Of a stretch of DNA of 64,000 nucleotides, positions 16,651 to 27,543 are shown one piece after another. The notes under the pieces are model-generated. The model did not search any database, was not told the DNA's origin, and saw only the letters and a program-made list of their open reading frames with translations. The translations under genes were made by a program, and so were the position numbers. The number at the start of each line of letters is the position of its first letter. Within the stretch, counting starts at the first letter, position 1. Source of the stretch: a virus (lineage: Duplodnaviria; Caudoviricetes); the IMG/VR virus record IMGVR_UViG_2912838376_000002, positions 180,830-244,829 of that record. The stretch is one strand, 5' to 3'.

Positions 16651-18756
16651 TTGAATATGATAGAACGAATTCGTAAAGGGGTTCGATTAAGAACTATTAA
16701 TGAAGCACCTTCCGCAACTAAACGTGACCCGAAGAAAATTGCAGTTAAACGTTTAGGACAAGCCATCAAAACTGCAGGTGGGGGAGGAGACTTCGAGAAT
16801 TCACCAGTTGATTTAGCGGAAATTGGCCGTGCGTATTATACGGACAGTTATATTCGCAGAGCTGTAGACAAACATGCAGCCTTAATGTTTAAGAATGGCT
16901 GGGAGATTTCGGGTAAAAACGATCAAGCAGTTGAGTATGTATGGACTCGATTAAAACTAATGTCAGAAGCAACAGGTCAAAGTATAGATTCATTCTTACA
17001 AGAGATCTCTGATAACCTAATTCTTTACGGCAATGCCTACGTAGTAAAAGCTCGTGCAAAGACGGGTGGATTACCATCTGGCGTTACAGCTGTAGGATAT
17101 ACAGGTAAACAACCAATTGCAGGATATTTCCCATTAGCTGCTCCAAATATCACAGTAAGTCGTGATGAAAATGGTAAGATTCTAGCTTATGAAGAAACTG
17201 CAGGTAGTGGTGGTGGAGAAGGTGTCCAGTACAAACCGGAAGACATGATTCACTTCACTTATCGAAAACCAAGTGGTCGTGCATACGGTGTACCATTCAT
17301 TTTCAATGCTTTAGATGATGTTAAGTTACTTCGCCAAATTGAAGAGAACGTAGCAAGATTAATTTACCGCAACCTATTCCCTCTATATTTATACAAAGTC
17401 GGTATCGATAAACCGGGCTTTGAAGCAACAGATGAAGAAATCGAGACACTTCGAGAAGAAATCCGTAACATTCCTGTAGATGGAGCTTTAGTTGTTCCAG
17501 AGCGTCACAATATTGAAGTAGTTGGTTCACAAGGACAAGCTATTGATGCAAATGGATACTTAAAGTATTTCCGTCAACGTGTATTCTCCGGATTAGGAGT
17601 AAGTGACACGATCATGGGTATTTCGGATACCGCTAATAAATCCACATCTGATAACCAATCCTCAGATTTAAATGACTCCGTGAAAGACTTCCAAAAAACA
17701 TTCGCTGATATTGCTAAGTTCTCAATTATCAATGAGCTTCTTTTTGAAGGTGGGTTTGATCCTATTTTAAATCCAGATGATGAAGTGGACTTTGTATTCC
17801 ACGAGATTGAGTTCGATGCAAAAATCAAACGCGAAAATCATGTCGTTCAATTGTTCATGCAAAACACAATTACGTTTGAAGAAATGCGTCAGTTACTTGG
17901 TAAAGACATAACAGTAGATGAATCTCGTCTTTATGGAAATATGTTTAGCGCAGCAACTAGTGCTTCTGCAGATAGTGAAGGTGCTGCTAATCAGGGTAAC
18001 AACAAAGACCAACCAGAAAATCAACATGGTAAGCAGACAAGCCCAGGTAAGCCCAAAACATCTGAGACAAGAAACAAGAGTGTTTCAGTTTCAGAAAACA
18101 CAAAATTGACCGAGGCTGCTCAACTGGTTAACTTGTCTGAGTCATTACAAGTTGGTTCATTCACTGAAAAGATGGAGAAATACTGGTCTGATGCAATGGA
18201 AGATGTCCAAGATAGAGTTTCTAATCAACAGGACACTGAAACCATAAATGCATTTACTACTGGTCTTATTACTCGACTATTCCACGAAAAGGCTCGTCCA
18301 TTTGTAGAGCGTTCATTCCTATACGGATTCCAAGAAGGATTAAACCAAATGGGAAATCAGTTAACGAAATTACAGCCGGGCGATGTAGAGATCGCGGTAG
18401 AGAAACATAGCCAATCATTTAAGAAGTTAACACAGGATATTACAACTTCTGTATCAGCTTGTTATGAGAAAGACACTCCAGTCGCTCATGTCAACCACGC
18501 ATTCACGGCTAACCGTTACCGAATAGGATTTATCGCGAAACGAATTGCTTATGAAGCTTATAACTATGGGGTTGCACTAGCAGCGGAGAGAGCCAAGAAA
18601 GACATGGTTTATGTTAAACATAAACCTAATTGTTGCAAGACATGCTTATCCGCTCCTGCTGAAATCCCCTTAACTGATGGTTGGAGAACACAAATACCAC
18701 CTCATCATACCAACTGCGAATGCACAATCGTAATTACAAACAAGGAGGTCATCTAA
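16651..18756 (+). CDS. portal protein fused to a C-terminal MuF-like minor head domain
   Basis: Portal motifs (LILYGNAY, DMIHF, YGVP, ITFEEMRQLLG); C-terminal CCKTC...PPHHTNCEC MuF-type motif. Confidence 0.8.
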   Translation: MNMIERIRKGVRLRTINEAPSATKRDPKKIAVKRLGQAIKTAGGGGDFENSPVDLAEIGRAYYTDSYIRRAVDKHAALMFKNGWEISGKNDQAVEYVWTRLKLMSEATGQSIDSFLQEISDNLILYGNAYVVKARAKTGGLPSGVTAVGYTGKQPIAGYFPLAAPNITVSRDENGKILAYEETAGSGGGEGVQYKPEDMIHFTYRKPSGRAYGVPFIFNALDDVKLLRQIEENVARLIYRNLFPLYLYKVGIDKPGFEATDEEIETLREEIRNIPVDGALVVPERHNIEVVGSQGQAIDANGYLKYFRQRVFSGLGVSDTIMGISDTANKSTSDNQSSDLNDSVKDFQKTFADIAKFSIINELLFEGGFDPILNPDDEVDFVFHEIEFDAKIKRENHVVQLFMQNTITFEEMRQLLGKDITVDESRLYGNMFSAATSASADSEGAANQGNNKDQPENQHGKQTSPGKPKTSETRNKSVSVSENTKLTEAAQLVNLSESLQVGSFTEKMEKYWSDAMEDVQDRVSNQQDTETINAFTTGLITRLFHEKARPFVERSFLYGFQEGLNQMGNQLTKLQPGDVEIAVEKHSQSFKKLTQDITTSVSACYEKDTPVAHVNHAFTANRYRIGFIAKRIAYEAYNYGVALAAERAKKDMVYVKHKPNCCKTCLSAPAEIPLTDGWRTQIPPHHTNCECTIVITNKEVI

Positions 18757-18757
18757 G

Positions 18758-20167
18758 ATGAACATTTTAAAATGGAAGGGCCTTGATATAGACCCTAAGG
18801 AAATTCATGAATCTGTAACTACGAAAGCTCAAATCTCTCAAATTGATACAACATTCAATGAATCTACTAGCGAAAGTGGAATTACTGTTCTTTATCCAAA
18901 GATTGAAGCAATCCATGAAGGACGAACTCGTAACTTTAACCGCTATACTGCAGAAAAACTAAAAGGAAACCATGAATTAAAAAGTGGTGTTTATAGTTGG
19001 ACGCAACCTTTCCCCAAACCGGTTATCCACAATCACGACGTTAATACAGAAGCTACTGGTCGTGTTTACTCCGCTTCATTCACTGAATACACTTCAGCTG
19101 GTCGCCCCGGCATTATCGTAACTCCTAAAATCACTCAAGAAAAAGCAATCAAAGATATCTTAGAAGGTCGTTTACTAACTGTATCTATCGGTGCAACTAC
19201 AAATGCTGCAGTATGTACAGTTTGTGGAACAGACATCATCAACGAAGGTTGGTGTGGTCATATGCGTGGAGAACAGTATGACGGCAATGTATGTGAATGG
19301 GTTGCTGGTGACTTATTCTTCGACGAATTAAGTTGGGTAAACGTACCTGCTGATTCTGATGCAATGATTACAACGAATGGATTAACTAACAACACAATGT
19401 CTACTGGTGAAGGTGTTACAGATACAGGTGGAGGAATCATCGTAACAGGGACAGTTGAGGGCGCCAAGATCGATACTTCGACTTCAACGTTGACTCCTGA
19501 TTCTGGAGTGGTTAAAAGTGTAAGTGAATCAAATGAAAAGGAGGAAAACATAGTGACGCAAGAGGACAAAAATGTTGTAACAGAGCCAGTGGTAGAAGAA
19601 GCTGCTCCAGTTACAGAAGAGAAAGATGAAGCTACTCAAGAAGCAACTACAGAAGAAACTGTTGTAGAAGAGACAGTAGAAGAAGCAACTCAAGAAGTTA
19701 CAGAAGAAGAAACTCCAGCTACGACTGTTGAAGAAACGCCAGTAGTTGAAGAGCCAGTTGTAACAGAACAAGAAGAAACTCAATCTGCTGAACTTACTCA
19801 AGTTCAAGAAGAGTTAGCTGAAGCTAAAAATACGATTGAAGAACTGACAAGTGCAAATGAGAAACTTGCAAAAGATCTTCATGAATCTACTGTTGGTTTC
19901 CTAGTTGATCTACGCGTGGCAGTAGGTAAAGAATCTAGCCGCGAAGAAGCAACTGCAAAATTTGCTGCTCGTTCTATCGAGTCCTTACGTGATTCTATCT
20001 CTGACATTCTAGCAGAAAAACCATCTATTCAGACGAGTCGTACTGTTGAACGTGTAGAGAAACCAGTTGGAAAAGTTGTTACTGAAAGTAAAACGTTGGC
20101 AACTGAATCAGTAAAGGTTACAAGTAATGAAGAAGCAATTATTCGTCTATTAACTGGACGCAGATAA
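18758..20167 (+). CDS. prohead protease fused to an acidic scaffold
   Basis: KPVIHNHD, TVSIG, CTVCG..CGH, ELSWVNVPAD protease-type motifs; E/T-rich linker and coiled-coil C-terminus. Confidence 0.8.
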   Translation: MNILKWKGLDIDPKEIHESVTTKAQISQIDTTFNESTSESGITVLYPKIEAIHEGRTRNFNRYTAEKLKGNHELKSGVYSWTQPFPKPVIHNHDVNTEATGRVYSASFTEYTSAGRPGIIVTPKITQEKAIKDILEGRLLTVSIGATTNAAVCTVCGTDIINEGWCGHMRGEQYDGNVCEWVAGDLFFDELSWVNVPADSDAMITTNGLTNNTMSTGEGVTDTGGGIIVTGTVEGAKIDTSTSTLTPDSGVVKSVSESNEKEENIVTQEDKNVVTEPVVEEAAPVTEEKDEATQEATTEETVVEETVEEATQEVTEEETPATTVEETPVVEEPVVTEQEETQSAELTQVQEELAEAKNTIEELTSANEKLAKDLHESTVGFLVDLRVAVGKESSREEATAKFAARSIESLRDSISDILAEKPSIQTSRTVERVEKPVGKVVTESKTLATESVKVTSNEEAIIRLLTGRR

Positions 20168-20198
20168 AACCCCCAAATAACAAGGAGGCACATTCAAA

Positions 20199-21455
20199 AT
20201 GGCACAATTCCCAAATGTGAATGGTTCTTACAAATTCAAAGGTAAGACACATACTAACTTAGTAATCTCTGAAGGTATGGCTCCGGCGGAAGATTTAATT
20301 ATCTCTCGTACTAACGGTGCAGAAACTTTCATCTATGAGTACGGCCCAGAGGGTAACCAAACGGTGGTACTTGCAAAAGGTAAAATCGTTGAACTAGTTG
20401 GCGCTGAGTATGATCCTGAGACAGGTCATCAAAAAACAGCTGTTAAACAAGCAACAGATGCAGCTGAAAAAATCGCTGGTGTAAACTTACACAACGTTTA
20501 TTCTCGTCGTCGTGATGGTATGGTTTCTACTTTAACAAAACCAACTGTTATCACTCGTAACTATGTTGAGGTTCCTTTATTCGAAACTGATGGTACTGCT
20601 GATTTAGCTGCTGCTCAAGTACTTGCAAAAGCAATGAAATTCGGTGCTGCTGTTTCTGAAAAGAAACAAGACGCTACAAAATTAATGCCTGGTGACCGCG
20701 TTGTTTCTGACAAAGACGGTAACTTCCGTAAATACGTTAAAGGCACAGATGCTCCAGAAGCTATCGTTGGACAAGTTTGGGCGAAAGAAACTGAACTTCC
20801 ACCAGCTGGATTCCTTCAATACTACTCAGAATTAGTTAACCCTGAAATGGAAGCATTCTTAAAACAAATGTCTCACGCTCCATCTCCAGGTGCTCCTGGT
20901 ACAGGCGTAGGCGCATTCCCTTATGGAACTTCTTACACTGAAAAAGGTTGGAAGCCTGAATTCGAAAAAATGTTAGGTGCTAAAGGCTTAACTGGAATTC
21001 CATTCTTAACTGACGGATTCTTCCGCGCTCAAGAAACTCGTAACTTCGCTGTTGCTACTGGTACTGCTGGTGCAATGACAATGAACGATAACGTTGAAGC
21101 TGTTCGTGGTGCAGAAGGTACTACTTTCGTTGCTACAGATAACAAGGTAGTAGTTGGTGCAGGAGTTAAAAACGCTGCTGTATTCATCAAATTAAAACAA
21201 AAAATCGATACTACTAAACTAGCTGACGTAGCTGCTCAAATCGATGGTAAAGCAGTAAATGCTAACGACATGCATGTTGATGTTACTCACAACACTGTTG
21301 TTATCTACTTACCAATCAACGAAACTGATGCAGCTGTAGAACACACTGGTTTAACTTTAACAGTACCAATGGTAGTTGATCCAATCGCTGGAATTCCTAC
21401 TGCTTGGGACCACAAAGGTTCTGTTGGTGCAGTACGTATTTTACTTCAAAAATAA
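20199..21455 (+). CDS. head decoration / minor capsid structural protein
   Basis: Between scaffold and MCP; beta-rich; codon usage like the MCP. Confidence 0.6.
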   Translation: MAQFPNVNGSYKFKGKTHTNLVISEGMAPAEDLIISRTNGAETFIYEYGPEGNQTVVLAKGKIVELVGAEYDPETGHQKTAVKQATDAAEKIAGVNLHNVYSRRRDGMVSTLTKPTVITRNYVEVPLFETDGTADLAAAQVLAKAMKFGAAVSEKKQDATKLMPGDRVVSDKDGNFRKYVKGTDAPEAIVGQVWAKETELPPAGFLQYYSELVNPEMEAFLKQMSHAPSPGAPGTGVGAFPYGTSYTEKGWKPEFEKMLGAKGLTGIPFLTDGFFRAQETRNFAVATGTAGAMTMNDNVEAVRGAEGTTFVATDNKVVVGAGVKNAAVFIKLKQKIDTTKLADVAAQIDGKAVNANDMHVDVTHNTVVIYLPINETDAAVEHTGLTLTVPMVVDPIAGIPTAWDHKGSVGAVRILLQK

Positions 21456-21578
21456 TCATCTTCGAAATACCCCTCACTTATTCTTCTAAACATGTAATCT
21501 CCTAAACAAATAACCTAATAGTTTAAACTTTACGGTCCTGAGATCAACAGCTTAAAAGATAAGTAGACACAATTCCCA

Positions 21579-21620
21579 TTTAAGGTGGGGGCTGGAAAGT
21601 CTATAATCCCCCACTTTAAA
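21579..21620 (+). promoter_or_regulatory. strong hairpin in the MCP 5' leader
   Basis: TTTAAGGTGGGGG...CCCCCACTTTAAA inverted repeat ~35 nt upstream of the MCP start. Confidence 0.5.
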
Positions 21621-21655
21621 TTTTACCCACAAACACTCAGGAGGATACATATATC

Positions 21656-22762
21656 ATGGAAAACACTCAAAATATTGAACTTCATGAGAAGTACACAAAA
21701 ATGATGGCATATGCAGGAAAAGTACCTGCTAAGCAACGCGTACAAGTAAGTGAAGCATTAACATCGGCTGATGCAAACATTTTAATCCCGAAAGTAATCT
21801 CTACAGTAGTATTAGAAGCTGCTGAACCTTTAACATTAGTTTCTAACCTATTCCAAAAGGTTACATTAAATGAAGGACGTTCAATGGAATTCATCCACTT
21901 CGGAGCAATTCGCGCATTCGAAATTGGAGAAGGACAAGAATATCCAAACCAAGCACTAGACTTAGCTCAAGGCGGAATTGGTTCTGTAGATGTTAAAGTT
22001 AAGAAATACGGTTTAAAAATCGCTATTACTGACGAAATGATTTCAGACTCACAATGGGATGTAATCGGATTACACCTTCGCGCTGCTGGTCGTGCAATGG
22101 CTGCTAAGAAAGAAGAAATTTGCTTCAACGAGTTTAAGAAAACTGGTCACGTAGTATACGATGCTGATTTATTCCCAGCTGGTACTGACGGACACCCTAC
22201 AGGTCGTGGATTCGATGGCGAACTTAACGGTACATTATCTGCTGAAGATATCATCGACATGGCTGTATCAATCATGAGCGCAGGCTACACTCCTACAACA
22301 ATCATCATGCACCCTCTTTGCTGGTCTCTATTTGCTAAGAACGCTGCTCTAGAAGGCACAAGCGTTGCTGCATTTGGACAAGGCACTTCAAACTTTGACC
22401 CTCGTACATTCAACACTTCAAACGCTTTAGGCTTAGAAGTAGTATTCTCTCCATTCGTTCCTTTCGATCAAGCTAACAAGAAATTCGATTTCTTCCTAGT
22501 AGACAAAAACAACGTTGGTGTAATGCTAGTTAAAGACGAGATCTCTACAGAGCAATTCGATGATCCAACTCGTGACATCCAATCTCTAAAATTACGTGAG
22601 CGTTATGGCGTAGGCGTACTAAACGGCGGAAAAGCAATCGCTGTTGCTAAAAACATCAAGTTCGCTAAAACTTACCCAGCTCCAACTCGTAGCTTTGCTG
22701 ATATGCCTTTACCATCTGATATGACAGATGCTACAAAACGTAAAGCACATGACGTTATCTAA
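21656..22762 (+). CDS. major capsid protein (HK97 fold)
   Basis: LIPKVIS, EIGEGQEYP, KKYGLKIAITDEMISDS, IIMHP, RERYG; size and position. Confidence 0.88.
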   Translation: MENTQNIELHEKYTKMMAYAGKVPAKQRVQVSEALTSADANILIPKVISTVVLEAAEPLTLVSNLFQKVTLNEGRSMEFIHFGAIRAFEIGEGQEYPNQALDLAQGGIGSVDVKVKKYGLKIAITDEMISDSQWDVIGLHLRAAGRAMAAKKEEICFNEFKKTGHVVYDADLFPAGTDGHPTGRGFDGELNGTLSAEDIIDMAVSIMSAGYTPTTIIMHPLCWSLFAKNAALEGTSVAAFGQGTSNFDPRTFNTSNALGLEVVFSPFVPFDQANKKFDFFLVDKNNVGVMLVKDEISTEQFDDPTRDIQSLKLRERYGVGVLNGGKAIAVAKNIKFAKTYPAPTRSFADMPLPSDMTDATKRKAHDVI

Positions 22763-22785
22763 TTAAATAACAATTATGTTCCTAC

Positions 22786-22818
22786 GGAGCTCCTACAGTT
22801 GATGTAGGGGCTTCTTTT
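22786..22818 (+). terminator. intrinsic terminator after the MCP
   Basis: GGAGCTCCTACA-GTTGA-TGTAGGGGCTTC followed by TTTT. Confidence 0.8.
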
Positions 22819-22860
22819 ATAGGATAAACCAAAACACAGAACCGAAAGGATGACTTATTC

Positions 22861-23205
22861 ATGACAGAATTAAAAGTATTTGTATCTCCGCATTTTTCAG
22901 AAGAGGAATTTGAAGACACAGTTAGTGGTCTTACATTTAAAAAAGGTCGCTCAATCAATGTTCACTCAATTGATATTGCAGAAAACAAACTATCTGGTAT
23001 CCAATCTGCTTTACGTAAGAACATCTTACTTCCTTATGATAAACAAACTCTTGAATTTGTTAATGGTAAAAACATTGCTAAGGACGAAGAAGTAGTTAAA
23101 CCAGAAGTAGTTGAACCGGCAGAGAAAGAAGAAGTTGTTGTTGAAGCAGCTGAAGTTAAGCCAGTTAAGAAGACTCGTAAAAGTACTAAAAAAGAAACTG
23201 AATAA
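22861..23205 (+). CDS. hypothetical head-associated protein
   Basis: RBS; E/K-rich C-terminal tail; follows the MCP. Confidence 0.65.
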   Translation: MTELKVFVSPHFSEEEFEDTVSGLTFKKGRSINVHSIDIAENKLSGIQSALRKNILLPYDKQTLEFVNGKNIAKDEEVVKPEVVEPAEKEEVVVEAAEVKPVKKTRKSTKKETE

Positions 23206-23219
23206 GCGAGGTGAGGTAG

Positions 23220-24833
23220 ATGCCTTCTAATGCATATCTAGTATTGGGTGTTAATCCGGTATCAAATGAATCAAATGTAGAGCTATCTACTACAATATCA
23301 ATCACGTTCGCTAAACATATCAATCTTGATACGTTAAACAATAATACGATTCGCCTAAGAAAAGTAAATGGTGATTTCGTAGAGTACACTGGGCGATATA
23401 ACAACGTGAACAAAGTGTACGAAATTACTCCTAACGCTCCACTTGAACCTAATACACAGTATCAAACAATGGTAATGGGTGGGGCAAGTGGTGTTGTTTC
23501 AATCGATAACAATTACCTTCCTAGTACAAAGACATATGAGTTTGTAACTGTTCAGAAGAAGGGGATTACCGCTTTAGAGAACTTAGTATTAGCACAAGAT
23601 TATTACTTTGTTTCCGCTAAGTGGGACTTACCTAATGGATTAGTGGATGGGGAAGAGATTTACTTTAATGTTCGACTATCTACATCTAACAATCCTGAAG
23701 CTTATGATTTGTGGCCAAAGAACCCACTAGAGGGTAAAACAACAAGTCTTAGCTTCACTATCCCTTATCGTTTAGAAACAGAGAAGAATTATTATGTACA
23801 TGTTCAAGGTGTTACAGGTAATAAGGAAACAGCTTGGTTAACAAGTCAGATTTATATCGAGAAAAGAGGAGAACAACCCGTAACTCCACCAGTTGTAGAA
23901 CCACCAACTACAGGTGAAGGTGGAGGAAGCGGTGGGGGAGGGACAATAGTTGGTCAGTTATCTATTGTCGATCATTTCCCTCAAACAGGAGAGTTACAAA
24001 AACCTTCGGAAGTAGTTGTTGTGTTTACAGATACTATTGCTAGTAGCTTATTCGGTGAAGACCAACCCGAAACAAACCCTTTATTCTACGTTGTAGAAGC
24101 TCCATACAAACAACAGCTTTCTTTAATTGATATGAGAGGTGCATATAGCCCTAATAAGGCTATAAAGGGTCGTATAAGCCTAGATGAAGAGAATGCTAAT
24201 GTATTAGTCTTTACACCTGCAGAAGGCCCTACAGTCTTTAGACAGGGCAAGGAATATACAGTAGTAGTTTCTAAGAATCTAAAGGGCGAAAACACTTTAC
24301 CTACTGGAATGACTTATACATTTAGTTTTGTAGGTACCCCAGAACATCTACATGGTGACATCACTCAAATCAGAGAAGTGTTGAAACAATTTGGATTAAA
24401 TCCATCAACTCGATTCCTTCAATCACTAATGAGAAAGTACAGTCAGTTTGCATGTGATATATGGTTTGAATCACCAGCATTTGATGAAGAACTTCATAAA
24501 GATGGTGACGCGCCTTATTACATTAATGAATATGTAAACACGCAAGTAACTATCGACTCATTACTAAGTGGAGGAAGTGCTGTTTCTTCAAGTGGTGATG
24601 AGAGCATTAAGTTAGGTGACTTGTCTGTAACGAAGAAAGCAGGAAGCTCAAGCTCAAACAATGTGTCTTCTATGATTAGAAAATTACAAGGAGCATTAAA
24701 GCCTTGGGAAGATCTTATTCATGGCCATCACAATAGAGGATATGCAAAACCAGGTAATGCAGTAAAAGGTGAATCAGTATCACCATATCCTGATTTCGTA
24801 ACAAGAACTACACTAAAAGACTTCGATAAGTAG
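23220..24833 (+). CDS. Ig-like/FN3-domain virion protein with a probable head-tail adaptor C-terminus
   Basis: Big_5-like N-terminus (ISITFAKHI..., ITPNAPLEPNTQY); second Ig-like domain; C-terminal SIKLGDLSV resembles adaptor proteins. Confidence 0.6.
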   Translation: MPSNAYLVLGVNPVSNESNVELSTTISITFAKHINLDTLNNNTIRLRKVNGDFVEYTGRYNNVNKVYEITPNAPLEPNTQYQTMVMGGASGVVSIDNNYLPSTKTYEFVTVQKKGITALENLVLAQDYYFVSAKWDLPNGLVDGEEIYFNVRLSTSNNPEAYDLWPKNPLEGKTTSLSFTIPYRLETEKNYYVHVQGVTGNKETAWLTSQIYIEKRGEQPVTPPVVEPPTTGEGGGSGGGGTIVGQLSIVDHFPQTGELQKPSEVVVVFTDTIASSLFGEDQPETNPLFYVVEAPYKQQLSLIDMRGAYSPNKAIKGRISLDEENANVLVFTPAEGPTVFRQGKEYTVVVSKNLKGENTLPTGMTYTFSFVGTPEHLHGDITQIREVLKQFGLNPSTRFLQSLMRKYSQFACDIWFESPAFDEELHKDGDAPYYINEYVNTQVTIDSLLSGGSAVSSSGDESIKLGDLSVTKKAGSSSSNNVSSMIRKLQGALKPWEDLIHGHHNRGYAKPGNAVKGESVSPYPDFVTRTTLKDFDK

Positions 24834-24844
24834 GTGAATAGATA

Positions 24845-25384
24845 ATGAGAGTAAGTTTCGACCTATCTAATGAATTCAAAAAAATCTTGGAAGAGTACGG
24901 TCATGACGTACTAGTTCTTAGACAAGATAAGAAGCTTTTATGTTCTTGTTATAACGAAGTAACCCAAGAGGCAGATCGTAATTGTCCGATTTGTCTCGGA
25001 CTGGGTTATTCTTTCATTGCTGAAAGGCATACAACAAGAGCCGAAACGATTGCTTTAGAACCACAGTTGGCAGGACTCTTAAAGGAAAATCCTATTGGAG
25101 ATGTATTAACAGGAGGTAGAAAGTATTACTTCCAACCAAACATGATAGCTAACGAAAAAGACTTGATTGTAGAAGTGGATTGGGATAATTTCGGACGACC
25201 TTCTTATAAAGATGAAGGTATATGGAAAATCACAAACGTAGACCACACTCAGGATCTTGGAGAAGGAAAAACAATTTACAAGGTCTACTATGCTACTGTA
25301 CAACCTGTAAGAAGTAAAATACGTGGCATTCGCATTTCAGAAATAAACGGCGTTAAACAATACAATATTTTATTGGAGGGGTAA
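24845..25384 (+). CDS. head closure / neck protein
   Basis: CSC...CPICLGLGY motif; position in the neck module. Confidence 0.55.
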   Translation: MRVSFDLSNEFKKILEEYGHDVLVLRQDKKLLCSCYNEVTQEADRNCPICLGLGYSFIAERHTTRAETIALEPQLAGLLKENPIGDVLTGGRKYYFQPNMIANEKDLIVEVDWDNFGRPSYKDEGIWKITNVDHTQDLGEGKTIYKVYYATVQPVRSKIRGIRISEINGVKQYNILLEG

Positions 25385-25386
25385 GA

Positions 25387-26883
25387 ATGTATAAATACAA
25401 TCAACTTATCTTCCCTTCTCACATGGAAAAGAATACTCGCTTTCTAGTGTTAGCGGGTTTTTCTTTTAATGGGCCAGTAGGGACACCTTTTATTATACGA
25501 GAGAATACAGACCCATCTTATATTCTTGGTGATTGTCGTCTAACGGAAAACGTAAGAATGGCAAGAAAGTATGGGATTACACCACTAATCCTACGATTAA
25601 ATGGAACACATGGGGAATGTGTAGTTAATCATGATGAATTAAACACTCCGGCACTTCGATTTAAAACATTAGAAGCAACGGATGAATCAAACAATATCAG
25701 TATTCACTTATTCCCAACTCATATGGTGGTTAAAGGTATAAATAATAGTTACTCTTATTTATTTGCTGATTATAAAGGCTTAGATGAATTAGCTTTTGCA
25801 ATCAAACAAGATCTCTATTTTAAGGCAGGGGAAGTGGACGTAGAAGTCGTTAATCAGGTTCCTGTAGCAGGATTATGTTTGGCAGAAAGACACGTTCGAT
25901 TTACAGGCGCGGACGATGGATTCCATTATGTAAGTAATCATGATGATTCAGACTCAGACGATAAGCTCCAAATGCAGTTACAACTATTAAGAGATAGTTT
26001 AATTGATGAAGATGGAAGCGAATTGTACTTTACAGGCGAACTAAGTAGCTTTCAAATAGATACACTTCTATTCACAGACATTCCTTACGAAAAAGCATCT
26101 GCTGAACTAACCTCTATATTTGGAGAATTTGCTAAGACGAAAACAAGTGAACAATCTATTTTCTGTTCAGCTGTTTTATGCTCCGACTTGTTCTCAGAAA
26201 GTCGTTATGGAGTGACAGGTGAAGATACATATGAACCTCAGATACAAACACTTCTAGAAAAGGCTTCTATTAATAAGGAAGAAAGTCATCACTTAGAACA
26301 TGTAGAAGTTGTAGTTGGTGTACAGGATTCAGAAAATCCTAAGTACTTATCTATGCCAGCCGCAGCAACTTACGCTTGTATGCGATACAAACTACCTAAT
26401 TTCCACAATTCAGCCACTAATAAGCAGCTACTGTATATAAATACGTTACAAAGTAGGGAACTCAAAAAGGTTGAAGTTGCTAAATTAACAAGTAGTGGTT
26501 ATATATGTATCGTACCATCAATTAAAAAAGGATTTGTTCCTTTTTCCTCAAAAAATCTTTACCCTCAAAACACACTCTATTCAAAACCTCATTACCTTCG
26601 AAGTATAAGTTACGATGTTAACCGAATCGCTGGATTCTTCAATCAATACATTGGAGAGCCATTCAGCTTCGTATTGCTTCAATCCATCATCACACAAGTT
26701 GATGCCTTCATCGATAATCTTTCAGAAGATCATCCAATCTACAGAAATATAAAAATGGAAGTCTTAGATTATGACCAAGTGAATCTTACTCTATCAATCT
26801 CATTTGAGTTGTATGGAGAAATTGAATCGGTTAAAACTTCCTTTACTTATGTTCCATCAAGTGAGGTGAATGTTTCATGGTAG
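25387..26883 (+). CDS. tail sheath-like protein (divergent paralog)
   Basis: GPVGTPFII at the N-terminus; SATNKQL and YIGEP echo APTNKPI and FIGEA of the main sheath. Confidence 0.65.
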   Translation: MYKYNQLIFPSHMEKNTRFLVLAGFSFNGPVGTPFIIRENTDPSYILGDCRLTENVRMARKYGITPLILRLNGTHGECVVNHDELNTPALRFKTLEATDESNNISIHLFPTHMVVKGINNSYSYLFADYKGLDELAFAIKQDLYFKAGEVDVEVVNQVPVAGLCLAERHVRFTGADDGFHYVSNHDDSDSDDKLQMQLQLLRDSLIDEDGSELYFTGELSSFQIDTLLFTDIPYEKASAELTSIFGEFAKTKTSEQSIFCSAVLCSDLFSESRYGVTGEDTYEPQIQTLLEKASINKEESHHLEHVEVVVGVQDSENPKYLSMPAAATYACMRYKLPNFHNSATNKQLLYINTLQSRELKKVEVAKLTSSGYICIVPSIKKGFVPFSSKNLYPQNTLYSKPHYLRSISYDVNRIAGFFNQYIGEPFSFVLLQSIITQVDAFIDNLSEDHPIYRNIKMEVLDYDQVNLTLSISFELYGEIESVKTSFTYVPSSEVNVSW

Positions 26884-27497
26884 TAGAAATCAATAAGCCG
26901 ACTCAAGCAAATGGTTCTATGGACTATGAAGACATGACAAAGACAATCAAGTATTTATTAGATGCCGCATGGGGTCCTAAATGGGGAAGTTTTATTCCCG
27001 ACGGACCAAATGTAACAGATGACAAGCATGTAGAATATCCAATCATCGTTCATTATCTTAGCGTAATGCAACCGGGTTTAATCGGTAAAAACACCAGAGA
27101 AATTAAACCACGTCAACGTTACCTTGCTTTTAATGAGGATTCTAACGGAACTCTACCACCAGCAACTAAGATTTATGGACAGGTATTTGATGCAGAGATT
27201 GTTTTTGAGATTTGGGAAGAAACCAATGCGCGAGTGGACAAGCTCACAAAAGAGTTTCGTCAGACACTTGCAACATACACGGGATTCCTTAAAGAGAAGG
27301 GGCTTAAAGAACTACAATTCGTAAGGATGGAAACAGACTTATCTAAAGCAAATATACGTGATGCGAGCAAGACTCGTAGACTTGTTTATTTTGCTAAGTT
27401 TGAAGAATTAACAGAAGTCCCTGTAGATATCTTCCGTGTGATAGATGTCGTAGAGAAGAGACTCCAAGAAGCAACAAACACTCAACTGGGTGAATAG
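26877..27497 (+). CDS. tail completion/terminator protein
   Basis: YPII, IVFEIW pattern; directly before the sheath. Confidence 0.5.
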   Translation: MVVEINKPTQANGSMDYEDMTKTIKYLLDAAWGPKWGSFIPDGPNVTDDKHVEYPIIVHYLSVMQPGLIGKNTREIKPRQRYLAFNEDSNGTLPPATKIYGQVFDAEIVFEIWEETNARVDKLTKEFRQTLATYTGFLKEKGLKELQFVRMETDLSKANIRDASKTRRLVYFAKFEELTEVPVDIFRVIDVVEKRLQEATNTQLGE

Positions 27498-27543
27498 CGC
27501 TCGGCGCTTTTCAAATACAACAAAATAAAGAGGGGGCAAACCT

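Noticed and set aside
18125-18134. TGGTTAACTT inside the portal gene as a fourth late promoter
   Set aside because: Lacks the upstream RAAAWT element at the conserved spacing
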